From positions 1 through 64,000 of the forward strand of contig JALGPX010000008.1 in the NCBI GenBank assembly GCA_023515795.1: a stretch of DNA of 64,000 nt. Reading direction: 5' to 3'. Positions within the stretch are counted from its first letter, which is position 1; each line of letters opens with the position of its first letter. The notes under the pieces were generated by a model, which searched no databases, was not told where the DNA came from, and worked only from the letters and a program-made list of their open reading frames with translations. This DNA comes from Amoeboaphelidium occidentale. Its lineage: Eukaryota. Position numbers and translations under genes: made by a program. Positions 51,242-61,293 of the stretch are shown in pieces.

Positions 51242-53128
51242 ATGACAGAGAATGTTCCCGGGGCATCCTCTGAGAAGGCTCAGGATAGAGATAATATCTA
51301 CGCAATTAATCCATACAAGAAGCAGTTTTACAATCGCTTGGTAAAACTGGCGCCATTTAACATTTTGGCAAATTGCGCACCATCAGATAGCAAATTCAGA
51401 CCATTTTTGGAGCACCTGCCTATTCAAGCCTTCAGCTTCTTTGCGATAATTGCATTGTTTACATTTGGGCCTGGTTTTCAGCCAATTTCTGCTTTTGTTT
51501 TGCCTGCGCTGTTGGTGTTTATCGGATACACGCGTTCAACCCCACATGTTTGGCAAGTTCTCGTGTTTGCATGGCCAGCTGTCTCCATCGGAACATTCTT
51601 TGCTTATGCCGGATTTTACTCTCAGAATTGGCCTTGGAATGATTTTAACACGATCTATATGATCCCAACCGCATTCATTTTGGGCTTTGGCATGATCGTC
51701 GTTGCATTACTGGATCGCTTTGTTGCAGACTTTTGTCAGCTGATGCTTCCTGTTATTGAGATATTCTTTGCTTTTCCTATGATGTGGAGTGGCTTCTGGT
51801 GTTTCCTTTCACGTGTATCTCCAATTGGTGATTACTTCAGTTGGGGTTATGCTTTAGCATTCTTGGATGTTGATCAATTAACTTTGGCTTCCTCATGGGC
51901 TGTTGGAAGTATTGCTGGTGGCTGTATTTTGAGTGCTCTTTTTGTGACTTGTTCACTGTACATTGTCAGAAGATACTGTGAAATTTACTTACCACAGCCT
52001 CCAGACAACATCAAAACAAAGAGCATTGATCATAGCAAGCTGAAGTCTGAGAATGATGACTTGAAGTTTGTATGGATTCACTCTGTCACTGTTGCCATGT
52101 ACATTGCATTTTTGTTGTTCACTTTTGGTGGAATTTACAGAACTTTCGGTCCTGATGCAACAATGTTCTTCCAGAATCCTTTGGCTGAAATTGCGCCTCA
52201 GACTGTCAAAATCAGTTGTTTAATTGATGGAAGTCTAAATAGCACTATAACACACTTGCAAACCACAGGAAGCAGAAGTAAAATTGTGCTATGGTCAGAA
52301 GGCTCGCAGAATATTCAGGAAAGTAGAGAAGGCGCTTTCTTACAGAGAGCTCGAGATATTAGTTCAGTTTACGATGTCTACTTGGGTTTAGCATACACTG
52401 TTACTTTGAACTCTAGTAGGGATGGTTATACAACCAGAAACATGTTCACATTGATTGCTCCTCCAACGCAATTGAGATCTCCTGCCACGATTACTCTCAC
52501 TCAACAAAAGATGCATCCTATCCCAAAGAGTGAACAAGATACTGAGCCTGGAGACTTGGAACTCAAGATTGCCGAAACCCCTTATGGTAGAATCGGTGCT
52601 GCAATCGGAATTGATTTCAATTTCAAAGACTTGGACAGTCTTTATGCTCAAGGAGTCGATATTGTGCTTCATCCTTCGTCAGCTTGGGGAGCAACTGGCT
52701 TTTACAACGCAATGATTAATCGTCAGCTTGCAGTTGAGTATGGATTCACTCATGTTACTTGTGCAAAGAATGGCGTTTCTGGTGTTTTTGATCAGTTCTA
52801 CAGAATACTGGTGCAGCAGATGACTATCAAACAGGGAGAATCTTTTGTGTATGATGTTCCTAACTGGGGCCATCGTTGGACTTTGTACAGATTTTTGCCT
52901 GATTACGTTGGAATTTTGACAATTGCTGTTGCATTGTTTTGGTTCTTGTTCTTAATTGGATGGTTCTTGGTACGTCTACGTCGCAACATTGAAAGAAGAT
53001 CTTCTGTGCAGGTTTTACAAACTGAAGAACCAAAATTAGAAAGTGTTCTAGTGAAAGAAGAGGAAGAAGCTGAACAGGAGATGCGCGACGATGAAGCTAT
53101 TGCTATTGAGCAATACGGAAGAGCATAA
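51242..53128 (+). CDS. Apolipoprotein N-acyltransferase (Lnt)-like membrane protein with a nitrilase domain lacking the catalytic Cys
   Basis: Multi-TM N-terminus (FPMMW, SPIGD..SWGY); nitrilase motifs VLWSEG, KMHPIP and GAAIGIDFNF; final TM segment. Confidence 0.75.
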   Translation: MTENVPGASSEKAQDRDNIYAINPYKKQFYNRLVKLAPFNILANCAPSDSKFRPFLEHLPIQAFSFFAIIALFTFGPGFQPISAFVLPALLVFIGYTRSTPHVWQVLVFAWPAVSIGTFFAYAGFYSQNWPWNDFNTIYMIPTAFILGFGMIVVALLDRFVADFCQLMLPVIEIFFAFPMMWSGFWCFLSRVSPIGDYFSWGYALAFLDVDQLTLASSWAVGSIAGGCILSALFVTCSLYIVRRYCEIYLPQPPDNIKTKSIDHSKLKSENDDLKFVWIHSVTVAMYIAFLLFTFGGIYRTFGPDATMFFQNPLAEIAPQTVKISCLIDGSLNSTITHLQTTGSRSKIVLWSEGSQNIQESREGAFLQRARDISSVYDVYLGLAYTVTLNSSRDGYTTRNMFTLIAPPTQLRSPATITLTQQKMHPIPKSEQDTEPGDLELKIAETPYGRIGAAIGIDFNFKDLDSLYAQGVDIVLHPSSAWGATGFYNAMINRQLAVEYGFTHVTCAKNGVSGVFDQFYRILVQQMTIKQGESFVYDVPNWGHRWTLYRFLPDYVGILTIAVALFWFLFLIGWFLVRLRRNIERRSSVQVLQTEEPKLESVLVKEEEEAEQEMRDDEAIAIEQYGRA

Positions 53129-53159
53129 GAATCTAGTTAAAAAGAATAGATTTATTGAA

Positions 53160-53561
53160 TTAATGCAACTTTTCTTTCAATTCTTCAGACAGTTGCTTCA
53201 GGGCTTCCATATCAGCTGGCTTAGACGGCCATCCAACTCCTAAGCCATCCTGCTCAGTGTTCTTTGGAATAACATGAAAATGAACGTGCATTACTTCCTG
53301 ATGTGCCAGCCTTCCATTATTCTGCAAAACATTATAATTCTTGGCTCCTAAAGCTTTTGCAATCTTCTTTGCGACTGGTAAAATGTCAGCTAATGACTCT
53401 TCAGACAGTTCGTGCATTTGCTCAGCGTGCTCTTTAGGAATAACCAAAGCGTGACCTTTACTTATTGGCCCAATATCAAGAAAGGCTAGGCTCTTTGCAG
53501 TCTCATAGAGTTTAAAGCATGGAATATCTCCTTTAACGATTTTACAAAACAGGCACGACAT
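53160..53561 (-). CDS. HNT1: Histidine triad nucleotide-binding protein
   Basis: CLFCKI, GHALVIPK, QNNGRLAHQEV and HVHFHVIPK motifs. Confidence 0.95.
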   Translation of the reverse strand: MSCLFCKIVKGDIPCFKLYETAKSLAFLDIGPISKGHALVIPKEHAEQMHELSEESLADILPVAKKIAKALGAKNYNVLQNNGRLAHQEVMHVHFHVIPKNTEQDGLGVGWPSKPADMEALKQLSEELKEKLH

Positions 53562-53603
53562 TTATGAGATAAGATGTATGAGTTGAGCGTTTACTTTATT
53601 CTT

Positions 53604-54236
53604 TTAGAATATCTTCAATAATTGGATACGTTCGGCCCACTGAGGAGGCTTGGAACCTCTAGGTGAGCAAGGCACATGTTCTGGCAAATTGAATTCAGCT
53701 TGATCTACATCAGTGGTCATTTGCATGTGTGTGTAGACTTTGTAGACAGTGTCATCGGACATTACTCTTTCGGAGGTGCTAAATATAGGGACCTTCGTGC
53801 TAGCGTCTAACATGATTGTTTGTTTACCCTTGGCATACTTATCAACAATCTGAGAACCAACCATAATAGTTTCATCATACCAATAACCTCTCATGATATC
53901 AAAAGGGAAGAACTTGCTTTCACTTCTAACGCATGTAACATTACCCTTGTCTCCACGCACATAACTGTACACCTGGTCATTCTTTTCAATTGATACCATC
54001 GCTTGACCAGTTTTGTATTCTGCAGTTAACTTGACCTGCTTGTTGTCCAAGTCGTAAAAGACATTCAAAGTCCTGTTCTCTTCAGAAAGACCCTCGACAA
54101 CTTCCTTCATAACCAAAGTGAATTTAGCTGGCGTTTGAGGCTTTTCATCAAGCGTCATCACGTAACCATTCACGTTCAAAGCAAATAATACACAGGTAGC
54201 TGACAGTAATAGCAAGAAGGAGTTTGTGAATGTCAT
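53604..54236 (-). CDS. Secreted protein, ependymin-related/LolA-like fold candidate
   Basis: Signal peptide; P..F start, YD..N strand, central Cys and terminal FNLP...C pattern. Confidence 0.55.
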   Translation of the reverse strand: MTFTNSFLLLLSATCVLFALNVNGYVMTLDEKPQTPAKFTLVMKEVVEGLSEENRTLNVFYDLDNKQVKLTAEYKTGQAMVSIEKNDQVYSYVRGDKGNVTCVRSESKFFPFDIMRGYWYDETIMVGSQIVDKYAKGKQTIMLDASTKVPIFSTSERVMSDDTVYKVYTHMQMTTDVDQAEFNLPEHVPCSPRGSKPPQWAERIQLLKIF

Positions 54237-54581
54237 TTAAATAATCTCGCGGTGAAAAGGAGGATACAATGTCCGGGAAAATGCAGATCATGGCGTAGCA
54301 ACTGTGAGGCGTCTGGGTCAACAAATTGTGACATGGAGCGCTTCTCAGAGTTAAAATTGCTGCATGAAACTATGTGTTTTAATATTCTTGACGGCTAATA
54401 AGTGGCGTATAAACTTGGCACATCGCCGATTGTGGCGATGCTCTTAATTCTGGCGCTGTTTCGTTTAAAATTCAGGTCAGGTCAGCCCTTTGATATAACG
54501 GACACATTTACAGAGGCGGCCAATCCCTAGAGGTCCAACAGAATCTCTGTCAATCAGGGTGACACCAACCACAATTTCTCA

Positions 54582-56858
54582 ATGGCGTCCAAGAACAAAA
54601 CATTTTGGTCCAGGCTCGTCTCCAAAACAGATAAGCACACGGAGCAAGCCGAAGAAACTGATGATATTTTGTCCAAAATCGACCATAATGTTCAGAATAG
54701 GAGCAAAGGGTATCATGCTCATGTAACGTACGAGTCTGTTTCGCAGCACAACCAAGTAGTTGACGAAGAACCTGAAAGAGGAAGACAAAGATCGCGTACC
54801 GACTACGAAGGCTCTGCTAAAGCTCAGATGCCACCAGTTCCTGTTTCAAAGTCGCAAGCTGCTTATGCAAACTATCAGCCAATGCAGAGTGGTGTTTACT
54901 ATGGCAGCTCTTCATCTGCACCACCACCGCAAATGAACTATCATGCTCATCATCAGCAGTATCATGCTCAGCAACAGCAAGGTTCTCAACACCAACAGCA
55001 TCATCAAATGATACATGCAGCAACAAAGCAATTGCCACAACAACAACAACAACCTCAGCAACAGCAAATGATGAATTCGCGCCAGTATTCTGCAGACATT
55101 AAACGCCCATCTGTTCAAGGAGTCAGAGATTCAGTTACAAGTTCAAACAGCTCAACAAGGAATGATTCTATCGATCAGTCTGGAGTTGTTTCGCCTGGAA
55201 GTACAGCAAGACGTGCAATGAAAGAACAACCAGAGGAACAGAATTCTAAGCCTGCTTCTCCAAAGTCTGCTAAAGAAGTCGTCTACCAGATTAATTCTGC
55301 TCAGGATAATAATATTGAGTTTGAACAGACTTTGGCTTTGTCTGAACATCTTAGCGCGTTGTTTTCCACTGGAGATTTTTCTGATGTTACTCTGAAGGTC
55401 TCGAATACTGATTACAAGTTGCACCGCTCAATACTCTCTAGAGCTCCGTTCTTCAAGAAGTTACTTCAATCGAATAAGTCTAGCGTTATTTCAGTTTCGA
55501 TTGAAGATCAAAGAGTTACAGTTCCTGCTGTTGAGGTTGTTTTCCGTTACATTTACGGAAGCAAGATTGTAATTTCCAATACTGAAGACAGCTTTGATGA
55601 ATATGATGGCGTTTTCAGAGTTAAATCGAACGATGTGCTCTCGTTATTGGCAACTTCTTGTCACTTCATGATGAAGGAATTGGTGGACTTATGTCTGTCC
55701 TTTATTACTACTGTTCATATTGCTCCACATCATCAAAGAATTCTCTCAAAGGAAGATTATCCAGAATTCTGTAGCATGGATCCAATTCCTTCGGAATCTT
55801 TGCTTCATTACATCGACTTTGTTGACAAGAGCGATTATGGGCAGATTACAGAACACGTCGAAGATGCCTTGTTGAATTATCTCTGCACTGAAGGCTATTC
55901 TAGTTTGGAAGATGCCTTCACAAGAATCCCGTTGTCTTGGTTAGGCAGAGTTCTTGAGGCAGACTCTTTCTGGTGTCCTACAGAGTTTGCTCGTTACAAG
56001 TTTGCGAAATCCATTATTCTAAAACGCAAGGCAGTTGAGAATGGTAGCGTTGAAAACAATGAAGCAATGTACAAGGAAATTTTCAGATATGCAATCATAT
56101 ATTCTCACATGACTTTTGAAGAGTTGAATGAAGTTAAAGATGATGGTTTCATTCCTGAAACTATTCTTATGACTGCATTATGGAAGCAGACAAGGTTTAA
56201 GTCAGAGATTGAAAATGCTCCAGAAAACAAGGAAGCATTTGATGCTTCTGACGATGATCCTTGGGCAAGAAGCGCAACTACTCCAGTTTCAGATGGTATC
56301 AAAACACCTCCAAACAATCCTGTTTCAGAAGTTGCAATTGCATCTCCTATTCGTATCGGTGTTGAGTTCAAAGAGTTTAAGGACTTAGCTGAAAATGAGA
56401 GATGTTATTCGCGTACTTTCTTTTATGGTGGATCTTGGTGGAGCGCATTCTTGCAACGTTTCCCTGCATCTGAAGACGATAGTAAGAAAACTGCACAGAA
56501 ATGGGGTATATTCTTACGCAGATCTGACGGTGTTACAATTCATCAACTTGCTCTATCAGAATCTAGTGCCACTGCTGGCCAAATTGTCACAGATCCATTA
56601 ACTGGTTCAGAAATTGTCCGTTCAGTCACGTATTACACAGACCGAAGAAAGACTGCTCGTGCCGTGTTCAAGCTATACAACCCAACAGTTAAAAGCTATG
56701 AGCCTGTCTTTGAAAGCAAGATCAATGGCTATCAAACTACTCAGAGTTGGGGTTACAGATCGCGAGAACATGTAGTCACGGAGAAGGACTTGAAGGTTGC
56801 TGATATTGATGAGTCTGCAGCAAGAATAAGAATTACGTTGATTATGAAGTACTTGTAA
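54582..56858 (+). CDS. BTB/POZ protein (germ cell-less-like) with a Q/H-rich N-terminus and a MATH-like C-terminus
   Basis: FSDVTL...YKLHRSILSRAPFF, DSFWCPTEFARY, IIYSHMTFEEL, PIRIGVEF and YSRTFFYGGSWW motifs. Confidence 0.82.
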   Translation: MASKNKTFWSRLVSKTDKHTEQAEETDDILSKIDHNVQNRSKGYHAHVTYESVSQHNQVVDEEPERGRQRSRTDYEGSAKAQMPPVPVSKSQAAYANYQPMQSGVYYGSSSSAPPPQMNYHAHHQQYHAQQQQGSQHQQHHQMIHAATKQLPQQQQQPQQQQMMNSRQYSADIKRPSVQGVRDSVTSSNSSTRNDSIDQSGVVSPGSTARRAMKEQPEEQNSKPASPKSAKEVVYQINSAQDNNIEFEQTLALSEHLSALFSTGDFSDVTLKVSNTDYKLHRSILSRAPFFKKLLQSNKSSVISVSIEDQRVTVPAVEVVFRYIYGSKIVISNTEDSFDEYDGVFRVKSNDVLSLLATSCHFMMKELVDLCLSFITTVHIAPHHQRILSKEDYPEFCSMDPIPSESLLHYIDFVDKSDYGQITEHVEDALLNYLCTEGYSSLEDAFTRIPLSWLGRVLEADSFWCPTEFARYKFAKSIILKRKAVENGSVENNEAMYKEIFRYAIIYSHMTFEELNEVKDDGFIPETILMTALWKQTRFKSEIENAPENKEAFDASDDDPWARSATTPVSDGIKTPPNNPVSEVAIASPIRIGVEFKEFKDLAENERCYSRTFFYGGSWWSAFLQRFPASEDDSKKTAQKWGIFLRRSDGVTIHQLALSESSATAGQIVTDPLTGSEIVRSVTYYTDRRKTARAVFKLYNPTVKSYEPVFESKINGYQTTQSWGYRSREHVVTEKDLKVADIDESAARIRITLIMKYL
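54936..55074 (+). repeat. CAA/CAG/CAT-rich low-complexity tract encoding poly-Q/H
   Basis: Runs such as caacaacaacaacctcagcaacagcaa within the BTB gene. Confidence 0.8.
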
Positions 56859-56965
56859 ACAGAAATATAAAGCTCATTCTTTGCAGAAACCCAATTTTCC
56901 ACGATGAGCTATTTTGACGAATCGCCTGATTGCTTTCAATCATCACTCTTTCCTGTTAGTGATCA

Positions 56966-57733
56966 ATGAACTTTTTGTAAGATTTTTACCCTTTAGAGGT
57001 CGTTTCAACTTATCTTTAGTAACAAGAACAAGACTTTCAAGCCAAAGAAGAACATTCCTGAGGGCACGAAGCAGTATCAGTTGAAAAAATATGCTGAAGC
57101 AACTCTTGGATCAGGGAACTTGAGGTTAGCTGTTACATTGCCTGAAGGAGAGGATCTTAACGAATGGCTTGCTGTAAATAGTAATTCATATCTTCAACTG
57201 GATCTGATGATATCATGTAGCTGTCGACTTTTTTAATCAGATCAATATGCTGTATGGGACGATCACAGAATTTTGCACTCCCCAAGAATGTCCATGCATG
57301 AATGCCGGACCAAAGTAGGCATTATCTACTCAAAAGAAGTGTTGATCTCTGTAGGTATGAGTATCACTGGAGTGATGGAGTTCAGTTCAAGAAACCTGTC
57401 AAGCTATCAGCACCAGAGTATGTGGACTATTTGATGACGTGGGTACAGAACCAATTGGACGATGAGAACATCTTTCCATCTAAAATCGGTGTTCCTTTCC
57501 CAAAGACATTCCAAAGTCAAGTCAAGAACATCTTCAAGCGATTGTTCCGTATCTACGCTCACATCTATCACGCTCATTTCCCAAAGATTGTCAGTCTTGG
57601 TGAGGAAGCGCACCTGAATACTTCATTCAAACATTTCATTTTCTTTGTTCAGGAGTTCAATTTAATTGATAAGAAGGAATTGGCACCTCTACAAGAGTTG
57701 ATCAACACCTTGACTGGCGAGAAGGCAGCTTGA
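56966..57733 (+). CDS. MOB1: MOB kinase activator 1
   Basis: [29 protein letters not shown] and [12 protein letters not shown] motifs; introns 56977-57019, 57181-57220 and 57315-57354. Confidence 0.96.
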
Positions 57734-57869
57734 TCGCGGATATTTGTGAATAAAAAGTCATTTGGGTTTCCAAATTGTAAAGGCTTTGGGAGTTAAGACG
57801 GGTCTATTGACCATGTTTCATGCTACAAACANTTCTAAAATATCTTCTATTCATTTATCACATGTTTTC

Positions 57870-59565
57870 TCATTGGCCAACATTGAATGCTCTGCTTCCC
57901 CATTCAGGCAATTGTTGCTCCTCTTCCGTTTCGCCTCTCTGCATTCCGTAAATGTTTCTTGAAGCTTTAATTAATCTGATCACTTGATGGTCCAGCTCCA
58001 ATAAAACACTTTGTATCTTTTCCTCTAATTCATTCTCAATGGATTCACGAACATATGCCTTTACCCATGGATACAACAATGTGTACAACACTTGATGCTG
58101 CGACTCCTGGAACTTCATGGACATTTCATTGATTTTAACGTCTGTTCTTACGTTCTGGAATATCTTGTTCAAACCAAGGATGCCTCTTGATGGAACCAAA
58201 TTAATGATAACTTCAAAATCATTAACAGTTAAATCAACAGAGCCAACGTCAGACATCTTGGGAGTCTTTTTCTTGGAGTACCAGAATTGAACGTTGTTAG
58301 CATGTGTCTCCATTCTCGACAAGGTCAACTTAATGTTAGTTCTAGTTTCAGTATCTCTTGTAACATCAAGCATGGAATTAATATCCAGATTGAACAGCTT
58401 TGGTGACAAGTTCTCACAATTGATATACACATTATCCAAAACATAATCAGCCTCATCATTGGAATCCATCAATTTCTTCACTTGAATAACTTTTAATTTC
58501 TCAGCAAACAATTTAGCCAGTTGCGCCAAATCAAAGATCAATTCCGGTTTGAAAGTTGGACGCCCATTCTCATCAAGTACCGCTGCGACCAAGAAATCAG
58601 ACCACGCGGTAGAACTTTCGCGCAAGACTTTATCTGATGAAACCGCGTCCATAAAACTGTTCAACTGTTCTGTGAACTCGTTCAAGTTGCCAAACCATTT
58701 CTGATCAGATAATTCTTTCAAGTACAATACATCCTGGTCAAAGCCTTCCGATTCTACGTACTCTTTGTTATGCAGAGCATTATGATACAATCTCTGAAGT
58801 CTTTCATCTGACTTGAACTCATCAAGAACCTTTGGAAATAATTCAGACAATTTATCCAAAGAATATCCTTCAGCCAAATGTTCCAACAACTTTTTGGCAG
58901 AACGAAGGGCCTTCTGTAAATGAACATTTTCTCTTAATTCATCAGGAACTTGACACATGTTTACCAAATTCTCAACAGCAGTACCAAATTCTTCTCTCGC
59001 AACTAAATCACCAAACAAATGTTTTAATCTGCCAACAATATCATCCCATTCTTTGTCTAAATTTTCCTTGTTCTCTTCTTCTTCCTGTGGCTTAGAAACA
59101 TAGCGGCCAAGATCATTCGCAAGCTTTGAAATTTCACCAACAACGACACGGAAAGAATGCGATCTAACAAACAACTTCAATGTCTCAACGATATTATTCA
59201 TGTGAATCTTCATCTCTTCCGGTAACTGTTCAGCATTTTCCGGAACCTCTTTAGGTAGCGATGATACGCCAAGTTTAGCCTGATACAACATTTCTTGTAA
59301 CTCATCTTCCGGACTCAAGTGCTTCATCAATTCGCTGGCTGATCTGACAGCCTTCTCGCCTTTCGTTAACAAATTTTCGCCAGCAGGTGATAAATGAACT
59401 TCATGAACAGCGTGATGTAAAACATCTTCTGCCAAAGTTTCTGCTAATCTTGTCGCTTGGCTCGTTGTTGGTAGCTAAAAAATATTACTGTAATATGAAG
59501 AAAAATACGCCTACATGCCCTTCTGTAAATGCTTGTAATTTCTCTAATGGATCTTTGCCAGACAT
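57870..59565 (-). CDS. Fungal DUF4449/DUF5923-type protein with a BPI/TULIP-like C-terminus
   Basis: Exon 1 MSGKDPL..GH, intron 59475-59514, then LPTTSQ; DENGRPTFKPEL, FWYSKKKTPKMSDVG and SQHQVLY motifs. Confidence 0.65.
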
Positions 59566-59594
59566 TTCAAGTACGCTTTAATTTAAAAGAAGCG

Positions 59595-59645
59595 TGAAAC
59601 CGCGATTTGCCTTGCTTTTATGCTCGTCGCAAAATCGCGGTTTCA
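59595..59645. promoter_or_regulatory. Perfect 14-bp inverted repeat TGAAACCGCGATTT-N23-AAATCGCGGTTTCA in a divergent promoter
   Basis: Arms at 59595-59608 and 59632-59645; the same motif recurs at 30805-30822 and 51142-51155. Confidence 0.6.
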
Positions 59646-59784
59646 AAACGCAACCCAGAAAATTCCACAGGCCAGAAAACGCAAAGAAAGTTATGCGTTG
59701 AAGCATCCGCGAAGAACTACTCCATTTGCAATAAATTAAATGTTCTTCTTTTCATTTAAGCTTTTATTGTGCTTTTCACGCAAA

Positions 59785-60672
59785 ATGACAGTTGATTATG
59801 CAGATGGTAATGAAGTGACAATTGAACCTTCAGCCCTTGGCACGCAACAATAGTAACCTCATTCTCGTAATTCTATTAAAGCTCGTGTAGTTGGGATGAT
59901 TTCTATAAGACAGAGGTGCAAAATTTTGATGAATTTGGCGATGTTGGTGAGATATGGTTTGGAAAGCAAGCGGAGAGGGCGATGGTAGAATGGCTTGCGG
60001 AAAACACGAGCAAAGAAGCGGCTATAGTAGAATTTGGATGTGGTAATGCTCATTTACTGATGCTATTGGCACGAAGAGGGTTCAAAAGTCTTTGCGGACA
60101 TGATTATTCAGAGTNNNNNNNNNNNNGTAGAATGGCTTGCGGAAAACACGAGCAAAGAAGCGGCTATAGCAGAATTCGGATGTGGTAATGCTCATTTACT
60201 GATGCTATTGGCACGAAGAGGGTTCAAAAGTCTTTGCGGACATGATTATTCAGAGTTCTCTATAGAATTGGCCCAGAAAGTCTTAACTTCTGAAGGTTTC
60301 TGTGATATCAAGCTGGAGCAGTCCGACCTTTGCGACCCAAATATCATTAGTAGCATTTCTGGACGATATGATATGATCCTGGACAAGGGCACATTCGATG
60401 CGATTTCGTTATGCCCAGGCGATAACGGAAAGACTAGAAATATCGCTGCTGGTGAAAATTACGTGAAAACATGTTACGCAGCGCTAAAAGAAGACGGTCT
60501 ATTTATGATCACTTCCTGTAACTGGACAGAAGAGGAACTCGTTGAACACTTTGGCGCATTATTCTCAAAGAAGACTTCAGTCAAAGTTTCACAATCCAAT
60601 TTTTCTTTTGGTGGCCAGAAGGGAAGTCCTGTACAATGTGTTGTTTTCCAGAAGCTCAAAATGCCACAGTAA
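59785..60672 (+). CDS. EFM4: EF1A lysine methyltransferase (Efm4/See1/METTL10)
   Basis: PSALGTQQYWD (across intron 59853-59890), GEIWFG, GCGNA, DKGTFDAISL, ITSCNWT and FSFGG motifs; 142-nt gap duplication. Confidence 0.92.
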
Positions 60673-60705
60673 AGCTGAATTCTTTTCAATCGAATCAACA
60701 CATCA

Positions 60706-61032
60706 ATGCGCTCATCGCTTCAATTATTGAATAGATTCTTTGCTAAACACGAGCATGTGAACAGGGCTGAACAAGTAAATCAGGCTCTTCAGATGACCTA
60801 TGGAATATGTGTCCCTGTGAATGGAAGATCGCAGCTTAACCAGTCGTATGCTAAACTGAGGCGAGAAACAATGGATGCTAAACTGCCAAAGTTAACGCGT
60901 AAATACATGTATTATATCAAGCCGAAATATCAAAGGCAGCAAAGGGCTGAACAAGTTAAAAAGCAGAGGGATCAACGGGAGTTCAATGAAAAGCTTTTCT
61001 TGGCACTGGACATGAAAGAATCAGGATTTTAA
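60706..61032 (+). CDS. Mitochondrial ribosomal protein bS21m-like
   Basis: Presequence-like start; SYAKLRR...YYIKPKYQRQ...F pattern typical of S21. Confidence 0.65.
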   Translation: MRSSLQLLNRFFAKHEHVNRAEQVNQALQMTYGICVPVNGRSQLNQSYAKLRRETMDAKLPKLTRKYMYYIKPKYQRQQRAEQVKKQRDQREFNEKLFLALDMKESGF

Positions 61033-61293
61033 TGATTAATAAACGCAAAATTAGTTATTTACATGCTGAAGGGAATGTTCAGGTCAACTTTCTTGTTTGA
61101 TGACAAANCGAAATATCAAAGACAGCAGAGGGCGGAACAAGTTAAAAAGCAGAGGGATCAACGGGAGTTCAATGAAAAGCTTTTCTTGGCACTGGACATG
61201 AAGGAATCGGGATTTTAATGATTAATAAACGCAAAATTAGTTATTTACATGCTGAAGGGAATGTTCAGGTCAACTTTCTTGTTTGATGACAAA
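60923..61293. repeat. Gap-flanking ~185-nt tandem duplication (allelic copies) covering the 3' ends of the bS21m-like and metacaspase genes
   Basis: 60923-61107 is repeated from 61109 with several substitutions; the copies are separated by a single n. Confidence 0.85.

Noticed and set aside
57760..57832. Minus-strand TWSIDPS*LP resembling a kinase subdomain XI remnant next to an n
   Set aside because: It is too short and interrupted by stops, so it could be chance.
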